From Mycobacterium sp. (lineage in GTDB: Bacteria > Actinomycetota > Actinomycetes > Mycobacteriales > Mycobacteriaceae): a stretch of DNA of 64,000 nucleotides. The translations under genes and the position numbers were made by a program. The stretch is from the NCBI RefSeq assembly GCF_019247635.1, contig NZ_JAFBAR010000104.1, forward strand, positions 37,777 to 101,776, given 5' to 3'. The notes beneath the pieces are model-generated. The model was not told the origin of the DNA, searched no databases, and saw only the letters and a list, made by a program, of their open reading frames with translations. Below are positions 55,356-64,000 of this stretch, in pieces (position 1 is the stretch's first letter; every line of letters starts with the position of its first letter).

Positions 55356-56545
55356 CCGAGAGCCCCTATCTGGTCGGATTGCGGCTGGCGGGCAAGAAGG
55401 TGGTCGTGGTCGGCGGGGGCACGGTCGCCCAGCGCCGGCTCCCGCTGCTCATCGCCAGCGGCGCGGACGTGCACGTCATCTCCCGCAGCGCCACCCGCGC
55501 GGTCGAGGCGATGGACGGCATCACGCTGTCGGTTCGCGAATACCGCGACGGCGACCTCGACGGAGCCTGGTATGCGATCGCGGCCACCGACGACCCGAAA
55601 GTGAACGCGGCCGTCGTCACCGAGGCCGATCGTCGCCGAATCTATTGCGTCCGCGCCGACATCGCGGTCGAGGGGAGTGCTGTTACTCCGGCGTCGTTCG
55701 CGTACGCAGGGTTGTCCGTGGGCGTGCTGGCCGGCGGCGAGCACCGACGGTCCGCGGCGATCCGATCGGCGATCCGCGAGGCATTGCAGCACGGCCTGAT
55801 AACCGCCGAGAGCGCCGAAGACGCCGCGCGGGGCGGCGTAGCGCTGGTGGGCGGTGGCCCTGGCGATCCCGAGCTGATCACCGTCCGTGGCCGTCGCCTG
55901 TTGGCTCAGGCCGACGTCGTGGTCGCCGATCGACTGGCCCCACCCGAACTGCTCGCCGAACTGCCGCCGCACGTCGAAGTCATCGACGCCGCCAAGATCC
56001 CGTACGGCCGGGCCATGGCGCAGGACGCGATCAACGAGGCCATGATCGAGCGCGCCCGGTCCGGCAAGTTTGTGGTCCGCCTCAAGGGGGGTGATCCCTT
56101 CGTGTTCGCGCGGGGCTATGAGGAAGTGCTGGCGTGCGCTGAGGCCGGCGTCCCGGTCACCGTGGTGCCAGGTGTGACAAGCGCCATAGCCGTGCCGGCG
56201 ATGGCCGGCGTTCCGGTCACACATAGGGCGACAAATCACGAGTTCGTGGTGGTCAGCGGACATCTGGCACCGGATCATCCCGAATCGTTAGTGAATTGGA
56301 ATGCGCTGGCCGCCCTGAGCGGCACGATTGTTTTGCTGATGGCAGTGGAACGCATCGAACTTTTTGTCGAAGTTCTGCTAAAGGGGGGCCGACCTGCGGA
56401 TACGCCGGTGCTCGTGGTCCAACACGGAACTACCGCAGCTCAGCAGACGTTGCGGGCGACTCTTGCCGACACGCCGGGGAAGGTCCGTGCGGAGGGGATC
56501 CGACCTCCGGCGATCGTCGTCATCGGGCCGGTAGCGGGCCTGTAA
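55352..56545 (+). CDS. cysG: Siroheme-synthase-like bifunctional protein: precorrin-2 dehydrogenase domain plus uroporphyrinogen-III C-methyltransferase domain
   Basis: The N-terminal [13 protein letters not shown] is a Rossmann motif. The C-terminal [12 protein letters not shown] and LKGGDPFVF are SUMT signatures. Confidence 0.85.
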   Translation: MTESPYLVGLRLAGKKVVVVGGGTVAQRRLPLLIASGADVHVISRSATRAVEAMDGITLSVREYRDGDLDGAWYAIAATDDPKVNAAVVTEADRRRIYCVRADIAVEGSAVTPASFAYAGLSVGVLAGGEHRRSAAIRSAIREALQHGLITAESAEDAARGGVALVGGGPGDPELITVRGRRLLAQADVVVADRLAPPELLAELPPHVEVIDAAKIPYGRAMAQDAINEAMIERARSGKFVVRLKGGDPFVFARGYEEVLACAEAGVPVTVVPGVTSAIAVPAMAGVPVTHRATNHEFVVVSGHLAPDHPESLVNWNALAALSGTIVLLMAVERIELFVEVLLKGGRPADTPVLVVQHGTTAAQQTLRATLADTPGKVRAEGIRPPAIVVIGPVAGL

Positions 56546-56605
56546 ACGGGACGAGTGGCGTTCGCCGTTTAAACAATTCTTAAGATTACTGTAAGGTAAC
56601 CCGCT

Positions 56606-58201
56606 ATGACGGCTCTCAACGACACAGAGCGAGCAGCCCAGAATTGGACCTCTGCTGCCCGCCCCGATCGTCCAGCCCCGATGCGCCAGGAGCGCCCGGC
56701 GGAGGCCGCTTCAGATCGTATGAGCAGGTACTACCCCACGTGGCTGCCCTCTCGACGCTTCATCGCAGCAGTCATCGCGATCGGTGGCATGCAGCTGCTG
56801 GCCACCATGGACAGCACCGTCGCCATCGTCGCGCTTCCTAAGATCCAGAACGAGCTGAGCCTGTCCGACGCCGGTCGTAGCTGGGTGATCACCGCCTACG
56901 TGCTGACCTTCGGCGGACTGATGCTGCTCGGCGGGCGCCTCGGCGACACCATCGGGCGCAAGCGGACGTTCATCGTCGGCGTCGCGCTGTTCACCATCTC
57001 GTCGGTGTTGTGCGCGGTGGCCTGGGACGAGGTGACGCTGGTCATCGCCCGGCTCTCGCAGGGCATCGGTTCGGCCATCGCCTCGCCCACCGGTCTCGCA
57101 CTGGTGGCCACCACGTTCTCGAAGGGACCGGCCCGCAATGCCGCCACCGCGGTGTTCGCCGCGATGACTGCCATCGGTTCGGTGATGGGCCTGGTGGTCG
57201 GCGGAGCGCTCACCGAGGTGTCCTGGCGGTTGGCGTTCCTGGTGAACGTCCCCATCGGGCTGGTGATGATCTACCTGGCCCGGACCGCACTGCGGGAAAC
57301 CAACCGCGAGCGGATGAAGCTCGACGCCACCGGCGCCGTGCTGGCCACGCTCGCCTGCACCGCCGCCGTTTTCGCCTTCTCGATGGGGCCGGAAAAGGGC
57401 TGGATCTCGGTCACCACCATCGGCTCGGGCCTGATTGCCTTGGCCGCAGCCATCGCCTTCGCCGTCGTGGAACGCACCGCCGAAAACCCCGTCATCCCAT
57501 TCGACCTGTTCCGCGACCGCAACAGGCTGGTCACGTTCTGCGCAATCTTCCTGGCCGGTGGCGTCATGTTCAGCCTGACCGTGTGCATCGGCCTGTACGT
57601 GCAGGACATCCTGGGATACAGCGCGCTGCGCGCCGGCGTCGGCTTCATCCCGTTCGTCATCGCCATGGGCATCGGGCTGGGTCTGTCGTCGCAGCTGGTG
57701 TCGCGATTTTCGCCGCGGGTGCTGACGATCGGCGGTGGCTGGCTGCTGCTGGGGGCGATGGTGTACGGATCGGTGTGCATGCACCGCGGTGCCCCCTACT
57801 TCCCGAACCTGGTCATGCCGATCGTCGTCGGCGGCATCGGCATCGGCATGGTGGTGGTCCCGCTGACGCTCTCGGCGATCGCGGGCGTCGGATTCGACCA
57901 GATCGGCCCGGTGTCCGCGCTCACCCTGATGCTGCAGAGCCTGGGCGGGCCCCTGGTGCTGGCCGTCATCCAGGCAGTGATCACCTCGCGGACCCTGTAC
58001 CTGGGCGGCACCACCGGCCCGGTGAAGTTCATGACCGACGGTCAGCTACACGCGCTCGACCACGGCTACACCTACGGGTTGCTGTGGGTCGCCGGAGCGG
58101 CCGTCATCGTCGGCTGCGCGGCGCTGTTCATCGGCTACACGCCTGAGCAGGTCGCGCACGCGCAGGAAGTCAAGGAAGCGATCGACGTCGGCGAGCTGTA
58201 G
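56606..58201 (+). CDS. efpA: MFS (DHA2, 14-TMS) efflux transporter EfpA-like
   Basis: 531 aa. GGRLGDTIGRKR is MFS motif A. The position and length match remembered Rv2846c. Confidence 0.85.
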   Translation: MTALNDTERAAQNWTSAARPDRPAPMRQERPAEAASDRMSRYYPTWLPSRRFIAAVIAIGGMQLLATMDSTVAIVALPKIQNELSLSDAGRSWVITAYVLTFGGLMLLGGRLGDTIGRKRTFIVGVALFTISSVLCAVAWDEVTLVIARLSQGIGSAIASPTGLALVATTFSKGPARNAATAVFAAMTAIGSVMGLVVGGALTEVSWRLAFLVNVPIGLVMIYLARTALRETNRERMKLDATGAVLATLACTAAVFAFSMGPEKGWISVTTIGSGLIALAAAIAFAVVERTAENPVIPFDLFRDRNRLVTFCAIFLAGGVMFSLTVCIGLYVQDILGYSALRAGVGFIPFVIAMGIGLGLSSQLVSRFSPRVLTIGGGWLLLGAMVYGSVCMHRGAPYFPNLVMPIVVGGIGIGMVVVPLTLSAIAGVGFDQIGPVSALTLMLQSLGGPLVLAVIQAVITSRTLYLGGTTGPVKFMTDGQLHALDHGYTYGLLWVAGAAVIVGCAALFIGYTPEQVAHAQEVKEAIDVGEL

Positions 58202-58240
58202 GCCACGTTTCCTCCGCATCCCCAGCTAGGCTTGCCGCCT

Positions 58241-59989
58241 GTGATCACCCGGATGTCCGAGCTGTTCCTGCGCACTTTGCGCGACGATCCCGCCGAGGCC
58301 GAAGTGGCCAGCCACAAATTGCTCGTTCGCGCCGGATACGTCCGACCCGTCGCGCCGGGCCTGTACAGCTGGTTGCCGCTGGGGCTGCGGGTGCTGCGCA
58401 ACATCGAACGCGTGGTCCGCGACGAGATGAACGCCATCGGCGGGCAGGAGATCCTGTTTCCGGCCCTGCTGCCGCGCGGGCCGTACGAGACGACCAACCG
58501 GTGGACGGAGTACGGCGACGGGGTGTTCCGGCTCAAGGATCGTCGCGCCAACGACTACCTGCTGGGTCCCACGCATGAAGAGCTGTTCACCCTGACCGTC
58601 AAGGGCGAGTACAGCTCCTACAAGGACTTCCCGCTGGTCCTCTACCAAATCCAGAGCAAGTACCGCGACGAGGCGCGGCCCCGCGCCGGCATCCTGCGGG
58701 CCAGAGAATTCGTCATGAAGGACTCCTACTCCTTCGACGTCGACTCCGCCGGACTCAAAGCCGCCTACCACGCGCACCGGGAGGCTTACCAACGCATCTT
58801 CGAACGCCTCCAAGTCCGCTACGTCATCGTCTCGGCGATGTCGGGCGCGATGGGCGGGAGCGCCTCGGAAGAGTTTCTGGCCGAGAGCCCGATCGGCGAG
58901 GACACCTTTGTGCGCTGCCTCGAGTCCGGGTATGCGGCCAACGTCGAGGCGGTCGTCACCGCGCGACCGGAGACACTGCCGTACGACGGGCTGCCCGAGG
59001 CGGTGGTGCACGACACCGGCGACACCCCGTCCATCGCCAGGCTGGTGGCCTGGGCCAACGAGGCCGGCCTGGGCCGCAGCGTCACCCCCGCGGACACCCT
59101 GAAGAACGTGCTGGTCAAGGTCCGCCAGCCCGGTGGTGACTGGGAACTGCTGGCCATCGGAGTGCCGGGCGACCGAGAGGTCGACGACAAGCGGCTGGCC
59201 GCGGCGCTGGAACCGGCCGAATATGCCCTACTCGATGACACCGACTTCGCCAAGTACCCGTTCCTGGTCAAAGGTTACATCGGGCCGAAAGCTTTGCGGG
59301 ACAACGAGGTTCGCTATCTCGTCGACCCACGCGTGGTCGACGGCACCAGCTGGATCACCGGCGCGGACGAGCCCGGCCGCCATGTCGTGGGCCTGGTGGC
59401 CGGTCGCGATTTCACCGCCGACGGCACCATCGAGGCCGCCGAGGTGCGCGCGGGCGATCCCTCCCCGGACGGCGCCGGGCCGCTGGTCATGGCGCGCGGC
59501 ATCGAGATCGGGCACATCTTCCAGCTCGGCCGCAAATACACCGACGCCTTCGCCGCCGACGTGCTCGGCGAGGACGGCAAGCCGGTGCGGTTGATCATGG
59601 GGTCCTACGGCATAGGGGTGTCGCGGCTGGTGGCTGTCGTCGCAGAACAACACCACGACGAGCTGGGCCTGCGCTGGCCCTCGGCGATCGCGCCGTTCAC
59701 CCTGCACCTGGTGATCGCCAACAAGGACGCCGCGGCCCGCGCGGGCGCCACCGAGCTGGCGGGAGACCTGGACCGGTTGGGGTTCGAGGTGCTGCTCGAC
59801 GACCGCCAGGCCTCGCCCGGCGTCAAGTTCAAGGACGCTGAGCTACTGGGCGTGCCCTGGATCGTCGTGGTGGGGCGGGGCTGGGCGGACGGCGTGGTCG
59901 AACTGCGCGACCGGTTTGGTGGCCAGACCCGCGAACTGGCTGTCGGCGCGTCGCTGGCCGCCGATATCGCGGCCCTGGTCACGGCCTAG
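58241..59989 (+). CDS. proS: Prolyl-tRNA synthetase (bacterial type with an editing insertion)
   Basis: I chose GTG at 58241 ([17 protein letters not shown]). Class II motifs are present ([23 protein letters not shown]). The 582-aa length equals the remembered Mtb ProS. Confidence 0.95.
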   Translation: MITRMSELFLRTLRDDPAEAEVASHKLLVRAGYVRPVAPGLYSWLPLGLRVLRNIERVVRDEMNAIGGQEILFPALLPRGPYETTNRWTEYGDGVFRLKDRRANDYLLGPTHEELFTLTVKGEYSSYKDFPLVLYQIQSKYRDEARPRAGILRAREFVMKDSYSFDVDSAGLKAAYHAHREAYQRIFERLQVRYVIVSAMSGAMGGSASEEFLAESPIGEDTFVRCLESGYAANVEAVVTARPETLPYDGLPEAVVHDTGDTPSIARLVAWANEAGLGRSVTPADTLKNVLVKVRQPGGDWELLAIGVPGDREVDDKRLAAALEPAEYALLDDTDFAKYPFLVKGYIGPKALRDNEVRYLVDPRVVDGTSWITGADEPGRHVVGLVAGRDFTADGTIEAAEVRAGDPSPDGAGPLVMARGIEIGHIFQLGRKYTDAFAADVLGEDGKPVRLIMGSYGIGVSRLVAVVAEQHHDELGLRWPSAIAPFTLHLVIANKDAAARAGATELAGDLDRLGFEVLLDDRQASPGVKFKDAELLGVPWIVVVGRGWADGVVELRDRFGGQTRELAVGASLAADIAALVTA

Positions 59990-60010
59990 CTACTCCGAGC
60001 TATTCGCGGG

Positions 60011-60502
60011 CTATTCGTTCCCGCCCGGGAAGGACGTGGTGATCGGCCACGCGCCCAGTACGTGGTTCCAGCGCGCCGCCAGCACCGCGCTCTGGGTCAG
60101 GGCCGTCGCGGCGAACGCCCGGTCATCCGCGGTGTCCGCGTGCTCGATCACGGCCCGCCACGCCGTCGCACCGTCGTTTTCCATCCGCACGGCCAGGCGT
60201 ACCGCATCGGCCGGGCTGGCCACTTGCATCGGCAACTGGTAGCCGGCGGCGGCGACCGGGGCGGTAACGGAGCGTGCGGTCAGCATCGTGATGACGTCGT
60301 CGCGGCGTTGCCGGTGTTGCTCCAGCGCCTCGGCGACCATCCCGTTGACGCTGGGCGGCGACAGCGCGGACACGATGCCATAGCCGTAGATGGTCGCGTG
60401 TTCGACGGCCAACGCGTCGGACAGCGCGCTGTTGTCGGCGTCCTTGCCGCCGGCGGGAGCCAGCTTGGGGGTGGCGACCGGAGTCGGTTCGAACGACGTC
60501 AT
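60011..60502 (-). CDS. Ferritin-like (DUF4439-type) protein, Rv2844-like
   Basis: ATG at 60502 forms an ATGA overlap with the upstream gene. LAVEHATIYGYG is the pattern I associate with DUF4439 ferritin-like proteins. Confidence 0.6.
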   Translation of the reverse strand: MTSFEPTPVATPKLAPAGGKDADNSALSDALAVEHATIYGYGIVSALSPPSVNGMVAEALEQHRQRRDDVITMLTARSVTAPVAAAGYQLPMQVASPADAVRLAVRMENDGATAWRAVIEHADTADDRAFAATALTQSAVLAARWNHVLGAWPITTSFPGGNE

Positions 60503-61077
60503 ATCGACGGCCCGCCGGGCACCAGCGCCACCGTGTAGGACGCCATACAGGAGGCGGCGATCGAACCGAGCAGCCCCGCGCGGTAGCCCGACGTCGTGGC
60601 AACCAGGCGTGTGGCGCTGTCCGCGGAGGTGCGCAGGGCGTTGATCACATCGGACACGGCCGGCGGTGGTGGCGCCGGCTCGGTGGAAGTCGCGGCGGCA
60701 CTCGCACTGCTCGACTCGCTGGTCGACGTGCCCCTGCCGGCCACCCGGAAGATCTCCGCGGCCAGCGTGGTGGCGTGCGCGGCGCGCTGGGTGGCGACCA
60801 CGGTCAGCGCAGCGGCGATCTGCGGAGCGAGGCCGACGGCCCCCGCGGCCGCGGTGGCGAGGGCGCTGTCGCTCCTGGCCTGATCGAACGGCCCGCGCAG
60901 CTCTTCGACGGTGGACTGCTTGGACGCCGGGGTCCGTTCGCCGCAGGCCGACACCAAGCCCACAGCGCCCGCGAGCGCCCCCAGCACGCCAAGGGTCGCA
61001 CCACCTGCGAGTACACCCCGCCTGCTGACGACGGGTTCTGGGCTGGGCACAGCAACATCCTGCCATTGCAACGACAC
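60499..61077 (-). CDS. Tat-signal lipoprotein, Ala/Ser-rich (Rv2843-like)
   Basis: SRRGVLAGGATLGVLGALAGAVGLVSAC combines a twin-arginine-like motif with a lipobox (LVSAC). The exact start is uncertain. Confidence 0.6.
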   Translation of the reverse strand: MSLQWQDVAVPSPEPVVSRRGVLAGGATLGVLGALAGAVGLVSACGERTPASKQSTVEELRGPFDQARSDSALATAAAGAVGLAPQIAAALTVVATQRAAHATTLAAEIFRVAGRGTSTSESSSASAAATSTEPAPPPPAVSDVINALRTSADSATRLVATTSGYRAGLLGSIAASCMASYTVALVPGGPSI

Positions 61078-61237
61078 CGGGGAGCGGTAGGCACGAGGGG
61101 GCGCGATCGCCCGACCTTGACTACGCGATCACGCCGTAAGGCGTGTTTCCTGGCGTATCGTTGGTAGCTAGATCTTTCGGATGCTCGCGGAGCACCATCC
61201 CGCAGACGACCGGACAACTCAAGATGAGGAGCTCGCC

Positions 61238-61789
61238 GTGACCACCGGGCTACCTTCCCAGACGCAGGTGATCGAGCTGCTCGGTGCAGAATTCGCGCGC
61301 GCCGGCTACGAGATCGAAGACGTGGTCATCGACAGCCGGGCCCGGCCCCCGCGGATTGCTGTCGTCGTCGACGGCGACACCGCGCTGGACCTGGACACCA
61401 TCGCCCACCTCTCGCGTTCGGCCTCGGCTTTGCTGGATGGCTCGGACGTGCTTGACGGCATGCGGGACCAGTACGTCCTTGAGGTCAGTTCGCCCGGTGT
61501 GGAGCGGCCGCTGACCAGCGAGAAACACTTCCGTCGGGCCCGCGGCCGCAAGGTAGACCTGGTGCTGTCGGACGGATCCGCGCTCACCGGCCGCGTTGGC
61601 GAGACGCGCGGCGAGACGGTGGCGCTGGTGATCCGGGCTGGCCGGGGCTGGGCTGTCCGCGGGATCCCGATCAACGACATCGTCAAAGGTGTTGTCCAGG
61701 TTGAGTTTTCGCCACCAGCCCGAGCCGAGATGGAATTGTCGGGATTTTCCGAGGCGGGCCGAGTCACAGGGACGGAGGCCGGAACATGA
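61238..61789 (+). CDS. rimP: Ribosome maturation factor RimP
   Basis: GTG at 61238 is preceded by [18 protein letters not shown] is the RimP signature. The gene lies immediately upstream of nusA with a 4-nt overlap. Confidence 0.88.
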   Translation: MTTGLPSQTQVIELLGAEFARAGYEIEDVVIDSRARPPRIAVVVDGDTALDLDTIAHLSRSASALLDGSDVLDGMRDQYVLEVSSPGVERPLTSEKHFRRARGRKVDLVLSDGSALTGRVGETRGETVALVIRAGRGWAVRGIPINDIVKGVVQVEFSPPARAEMELSGFSEAGRVTGTEAGT

Positions 61790-62829
61790 ACATCGACATG
61801 GCCGCGCTGCACGCGATCGTCGTGGATCGGGGCATCTCCGTGGACGATTTGCTCGAGGATGTTAAGGCGGCGCTGCTTACTGCGTACCGCCACACCCGCG
61901 GACACCAGAACGACGCGCGTATCGAGATTGACCGCAAAACGGGCGTGGCCCGTGTGGTGGCCACCGAAGTGGACGAAGACGGCCGAGTGATCAGTGAATG
62001 GGATGACACTCCCGACGACTTCGGCCGTATCGCCGCCACCACCGCCCGACAGGTGATGCTGCAGCGCTTTCGCGACGCCGAGAACGAGCGTACCTACGGC
62101 GAGTTCTCCACGCGGGAGGGCGAAATCGTCGCCGGGGTCATCCAGCGCGACAGCCGGGCCAACGCCCGCGGCCTGGTGGTTGTCCGGATGGGCAGTGAGA
62201 CCAAGGCCTCCGAAGGGGTGATCCCGGCGGCCGAACAGGTTCCCGGCGAGAGCTACGAGCACGGCAACCGGCTGCGCTGCTACGTGGTCGGGGTGACGCG
62301 CGGGTCCCGCGAGCCGATGATCACGCTGTCGCGGACCCACCCCAACTTGGTGCGCAAGCTGTTCTCGCTGGAAGTGCCGGAGATCGCCGACGGGTCCGTG
62401 GAGATCGTCGCGGTTGCCCGCGAGGCAGGCCACCGCTCCAAGATCGCGGTGACGTCGCACGTGCCCGGCCTGAACGCCAAGGGCGCGTGCATCGGGCCCA
62501 TGGGGCAACGGGTGCGCAACGTGATGAGTGAGCTTTCCCAGGAGAAGATCGACATCATCGATTACGACGAGGACCCGGCCCGGTTCGTCGCCAACGCGTT
62601 GTCGCCCGCGAAGGTGGTCTCGGTGTCCGTGATCGACCAGGCCGCCCGCGCCGCGCGTGTGGTCGTCCCCGACTTCCAGTTGTCACTGGCCATCGGCAAG
62701 GAGGGCCAAAACGCCCGATTGGCGGCACGGCTCACCGGGTGGCGCATCGACATCCGCGGTGATTCGCCGGAAACTTCGGCGGACCAGCCCGCGCACGGCG
62801 CCAGCCACGGGATCGCCCACAAGGGCTAG
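61786..62829 (+). CDS. nusA: Transcription termination/antitermination factor NusA
   Basis: The N-terminal domain, the S1 domain ([10 protein letters not shown]) and two KH domains ([24 protein letters not shown]) are present. Confidence 0.96.
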   Translation: MNIDMAALHAIVVDRGISVDDLLEDVKAALLTAYRHTRGHQNDARIEIDRKTGVARVVATEVDEDGRVISEWDDTPDDFGRIAATTARQVMLQRFRDAENERTYGEFSTREGEIVAGVIQRDSRANARGLVVVRMGSETKASEGVIPAAEQVPGESYEHGNRLRCYVVGVTRGSREPMITLSRTHPNLVRKLFSLEVPEIADGSVEIVAVAREAGHRSKIAVTSHVPGLNAKGACIGPMGQRVRNVMSELSQEKIDIIDYDEDPARFVANALSPAKVVSVSVIDQAARAARVVVPDFQLSLAIGKEGQNARLAARLTGWRIDIRGDSPETSADQPAHGASHGIAHKG

Positions 62830-62924
62830 CCGGCAGGAGGGCGGGCCCGACGAGCTGCGCGCGGCGCCGCGTGCCGACATCACGGGCGGTTCGGACCATC
62901 GGGTCGGTGGCGCTAGACTGAGCC

Positions 62925-63305
62925 GTGATCCAGCGCGAGCCTTCGGCGTCGGCGCATCGTCACCCGGATTACCCCCGTGGACCGGTGCGGACATGTGTCG
63001 GGTGCCGGAAGCGAGAGTTGGCCGTCGAGCTGCTTCGAGTGGTGGCCGCGTCGACCGGGAACGGCACATACGCCGTAATCGTTGACACAGCCGGTAGCCT
63101 GCCGGGGCGGGGTGCGTGGCTGCATCCCGCGTCGCAGTGTGCGCAACAAGCGATTCGGCGGCGGGCTTTCACCAAAGCGCTGCGCATCGCCGGTTTACCG
63201 GACACCTCCGCGGTGGTCGAGCACATCGAGTTCCTCGGTGCGCCCGATCGCCCAGGCAACAGAACAGGTAGCGAAGAACATGAGCACACCGTGAAGTCCC
63301 GATGA
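62925..63305 (+). CDS. ylxR: YlxR/DUF448-family RNA-binding protein
   Basis: RTCVGCRKRE and GRGAWLH are YlxR motifs. The gene lies between nusA and infB. The start codon is uncertain. Confidence 0.8.
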   Translation: MIQREPSASAHRHPDYPRGPVRTCVGCRKRELAVELLRVVAASTGNGTYAVIVDTAGSLPGRGAWLHPASQCAQQAIRRRAFTKALRIAGLPDTSAVVEHIEFLGAPDRPGNRTGSEEHEHTVKSR

Positions 63306-63377
63306 CCCCCATCGCCATGCGTTACAGCTAAACCCGAGGCGCGGCCCACGACTGTCGCCTCATAGACAGGAGATGTA

Positions 63378-64000
63378 GTGGCAGGTAAGGCCCGCGTACA
63401 CGAGTTGGCTAAGGAACTCGGTGTCACCAGCAAGGAAGTCCTCGCCCGGCTGAATGAACAGGGCGAATTCGTAAAATCCGCATCGTCGACGGTGGAGGCG
63501 CCCGTCGCTCGCCGGCTGCGCGAGTCGTTCGGCGGCGGCAAGCCCGCCAAGGCCGCCGAGCGGGGCCCGGCGAAGGCCCCTGCCGCGGGCCCGGGCGGCT
63601 TGGACAAGTCCCTGGATAGAGCCCTCGACAAAGCGCTCGACAAGGCGACGGGCAACGGCGCGGGGGCGCCCGCCAAGCCCGCGGACACCGGCGTGACCGC
63701 TGCTTCCCGGGCCGCGGAGCTGGCCGCCGGTGACGCACCGGCGCGACCGGGCCCCGCGCCGGGCCGGGTGCCCGGCCCGGCCACCCCGCCGCCCGGACAG
63801 GCCCCCGCACCAGCGCCGACCCACGGACAGCCACCTGGCCATCCGGTGCCCCAGCCTGGCATGGCGCCCGGACCGCGCCCGGGCCCGGCGCCGAAGCCGG
63901 GTGTTCGCACACCCCGCGTCGGCAACAACCCGTTCTCCTCGGCTCAGCCGATCGACCGCCCCATCCCGCGCCCGCCGGCGCCGCGCCCTGGCGCGCCCCG
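63378..64000 (+). CDS. infB: Translation initiation factor IF-2, N-terminal part (3' end outside the window)
   Basis: GTG at 63378 is preceded by [42 protein letters not shown] is the IF2 N-domain, followed by the Pro/Ala/Gly-rich linker. The frame is open to the window end, so it is absent from the ORF track. Confidence 0.93.
   Translation, partial: MAGKARVHELAKELGVTSKEVLARLNEQGEFVKSASSTVEAPVARRLRESFGGGKPAKAAERGPAKAPAAGPGGLDKSLDRALDKALDKATGNGAGAPAKPADTGVTAASRAAELAAGDAPARPGPAPGRVPGPATPPPGQAPAPAPTHGQPPGHPVPQPGMAPGPRPGPAPKPGVRTPRVGNNPFSSAQPIDRPIPRPPAPRPGAP

Noticed and set aside
63540-64000. Pro/Ala/Gly-rich repetitive stretch
   Set aside because: It is the normal low-complexity linker of actinobacterial IF-2. 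It is not a PE/PPE-type gene or a mobile repeat.

Overview
High-GC (roughly two-thirds G+C by eye) actinobacterial chromosome segment. From memory, its gene order matches the Mycobacterium tuberculosis Rv2894c (xerC) to Rv2839c (infB) core region read in reverse: xerC', an M23 peptidase, rpsB-tsf, a MarR regulator, pyrH-frr-cdsA-rlmN, mpt53/ccdA-like, dxr-rip1-ispG, a PBP lipoprotein, map, the glnA4-amidotransferase-aldC-SDR operon, nicT, mtr, mqo, a chelatase-cobO-cobB-cysG block, efpA, proS, and rimP-nusA-ylxR-infB'. No rRNA, tRNA, CRISPR, IS or phage genes were seen.

A 17.2-kb block of 19 genes (27835-45034), all on the minus strand, interrupts this backbone. It encodes a group 1h/5 (Hhy-type, Tat-less) [NiFe]-hydrogenase with a full hypABCDEF maturation set and several uncharacterised co-transcribed genes. 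It sits directly downstream of the nickel permease nicT.

The main observations worth a second look are:
1. A dispersed ~60-bp palindromic hairpin element has four copies in the window. Two of them sit in frame, each exactly 20 codons, inside hypF. One of those carries a compensatory stem substitution. This resembles Rickettsia-RPE-like behaviour, and I do not recognise the element as a named mycobacterial repeat.
2. TGCAA-N5-TTGCA motifs, which resemble the Streptomyces Nur box as I recall it, occur twice upstream of the hydrogenase structural genes. A third copy lies exactly in the middle of the divergent nicT/Fur-family-regulator intergenic region. This suggests a nickel-responsive regulon.
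3. A block of tightly coupled unknown genes and an unusual pair of SIS-domain genes (one an SIS/HypC-like fusion) are embedded in the maturation operon.
4. MIRU-like repeats lie at the pyrH-frr and cobO-cobB junctions.

All family assignments come from reading motifs in the supplied translations and from remembered family knowledge. No database search was possible.
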